64,000 bases of DNA from the human T2T-CHM13v2.0 reference genome, Homo sapiens: NCBI RefSeq assembly GCF_009914755.1, contig NC_060926.1; one strand, given 5' to 3'. Positions within the stretch are counted from its first letter, which is position 1. Each line of letters opens with the position of its first letter. This document shows positions 62,665 through 64,000 of the stretch, in pieces. The notes below the pieces were generated by a model. It was not told the DNA's origin, did not search any database, and saw only the letters and a list, made by a program, of their open reading frames with translations. Position numbers and translations under genes: made by a program.

Positions 62665-64000
62665 TTGTGACTGGAGTTGCAGCAGCCATCCTGCAACCAA
62701 AAGGCAAATGCGTGAGAATAAAGGTCAACACACCAAATCCAAGAGAATCGAGATAAAGAACCTGCAATTTTGATGGGATCTTTGTGGAGCAAATAAAACT
62801 GATACAAGCAATTATTCATCTCTACTTTTCATTAAATGAGAACTTGTGTCCCTACTTGTTTATATGACTATGAAAAGGATTTCTATTAGGAGCAGTCATT
62901 TTCTGTTACAATTATTAATTCACAAAAGGGACATTCTGTAAACTAAGTATCCTAAAATCAAAGATAATCATTACATCTAGAACAATCCAACTGGTAATAA
63001 CAATTTATATTTATATTTACTTTCATGTCAAGCCTCACATATATTTAAGCAGATAACATAATCACAAAAAGAATTTGATTGATTTTACCATTATGTAATA
63101 TACGTGTGTGGAAATATATATCCTGCAAATATATAAATTTACATTTTTTAAAAGCATGGTGAGAAATTATAGGTTGAATGGCAATATACTGAAGAGTTTT
63201 AACAAATAGCTTTGGATGTGAGTGTATGGATAAATTTTCTGCTTTAAATGTGTCTTTTAATGGACACATCCTCCTTTTGTGTGTATATATGTGTAGTTTA
63301 TAAACATCCAGAAACATATGTGGATAGATAATTTAACACTCTTTCAGATTTAAACAAAAAGGTATCTGCTAAAACCATGTCGGTAGTTGTTTTCCTGAAA
63401 AGATATTAGAGGTTAATGAAAATATCCTTTTATCCACAAAAATACCATTTGTTCCTAAAATCCCACCATAAGAGATACTTCTAGCTTAAGCAACACAGGA
63501 GTTTTGAAGCCTGTGAAAAATACAGTTCTCTCTGAGGAGAGAACATATTCCTTGTTGGTTCTCTACATGACCTGGTGTGAGAAATATACCTTATCTCAAA
63601 GAAATGCCTTTGAGATATGGAAGGCTGTGGCTTGGAGTCTCATCAAATTAGATAATGGAGACACGGTCTGCTGACTTCCCTTTCCAACCCAGTCCCAATG
63701 TCATCTAGGACAGCTTGGAGCTATCACTAAGTCTATGTGTGCAGTAAAGACTGTGACTTTTAGTGGGAGCTGAGTAACAATTTGTGAGTAAGTGAATGAA
63801 GGAATAAATGACCGGCAATAAAGTCCACCCTTGGCTCTAGAGCACACACTTTCTCCAGCAGTACCACCTTCTCTCAGAATGTTGCCAGCAACCTCACCTT
63901 GAAGCTACTGTGGCCTCCCAAACTCCACATTGCAATGCATTTTTTTGATGCCATACATCATGTTTATTTTCACTCCAACTTGTAACTGGATTGCAATTGG

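Overview
Catarrhine/hominoid (human-like) non-coding DNA, intronic or intergenic. It is dense in Alu, L1, L2, MIR, MaLR/ERVL LTR and DNA-transposon fossils. I recognise no host protein-coding exon, and the ORF track is spurious or repeat-derived. Repeat subfamily names come from recalled consensus sequences and were not run through RepeatMasker. The outstanding feature is a 512-bp chimeric insertion at 15286-15797 inside a MER5A. Both of its ends are the U5 end of a HERV-K (HML-2, LTR5B-type) LTR, in inverted orientation (TG...CA), with a 5-bp target-site duplication (CCCTC). Its cargo is a HERV-K gag capsid fragment and two permuted pieces of 28S rRNA. It looks like a retroviral RT template-switching product that captured host rRNA and was integrated by HERV-K integrase using two U5 att ends. 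Other points of interest: an ungapped 137-bp inverted repeat (8772-8908 / 9906-10042) in sequence I do not recognise as a TE, a ~1.24-kb CpG-containing (TA)n-CCCG minisatellite grown inside an MLT2 LTR, a near-complete THE1A provirus, a twin-primed L1, and several small template-switch or templated-insertion scars.
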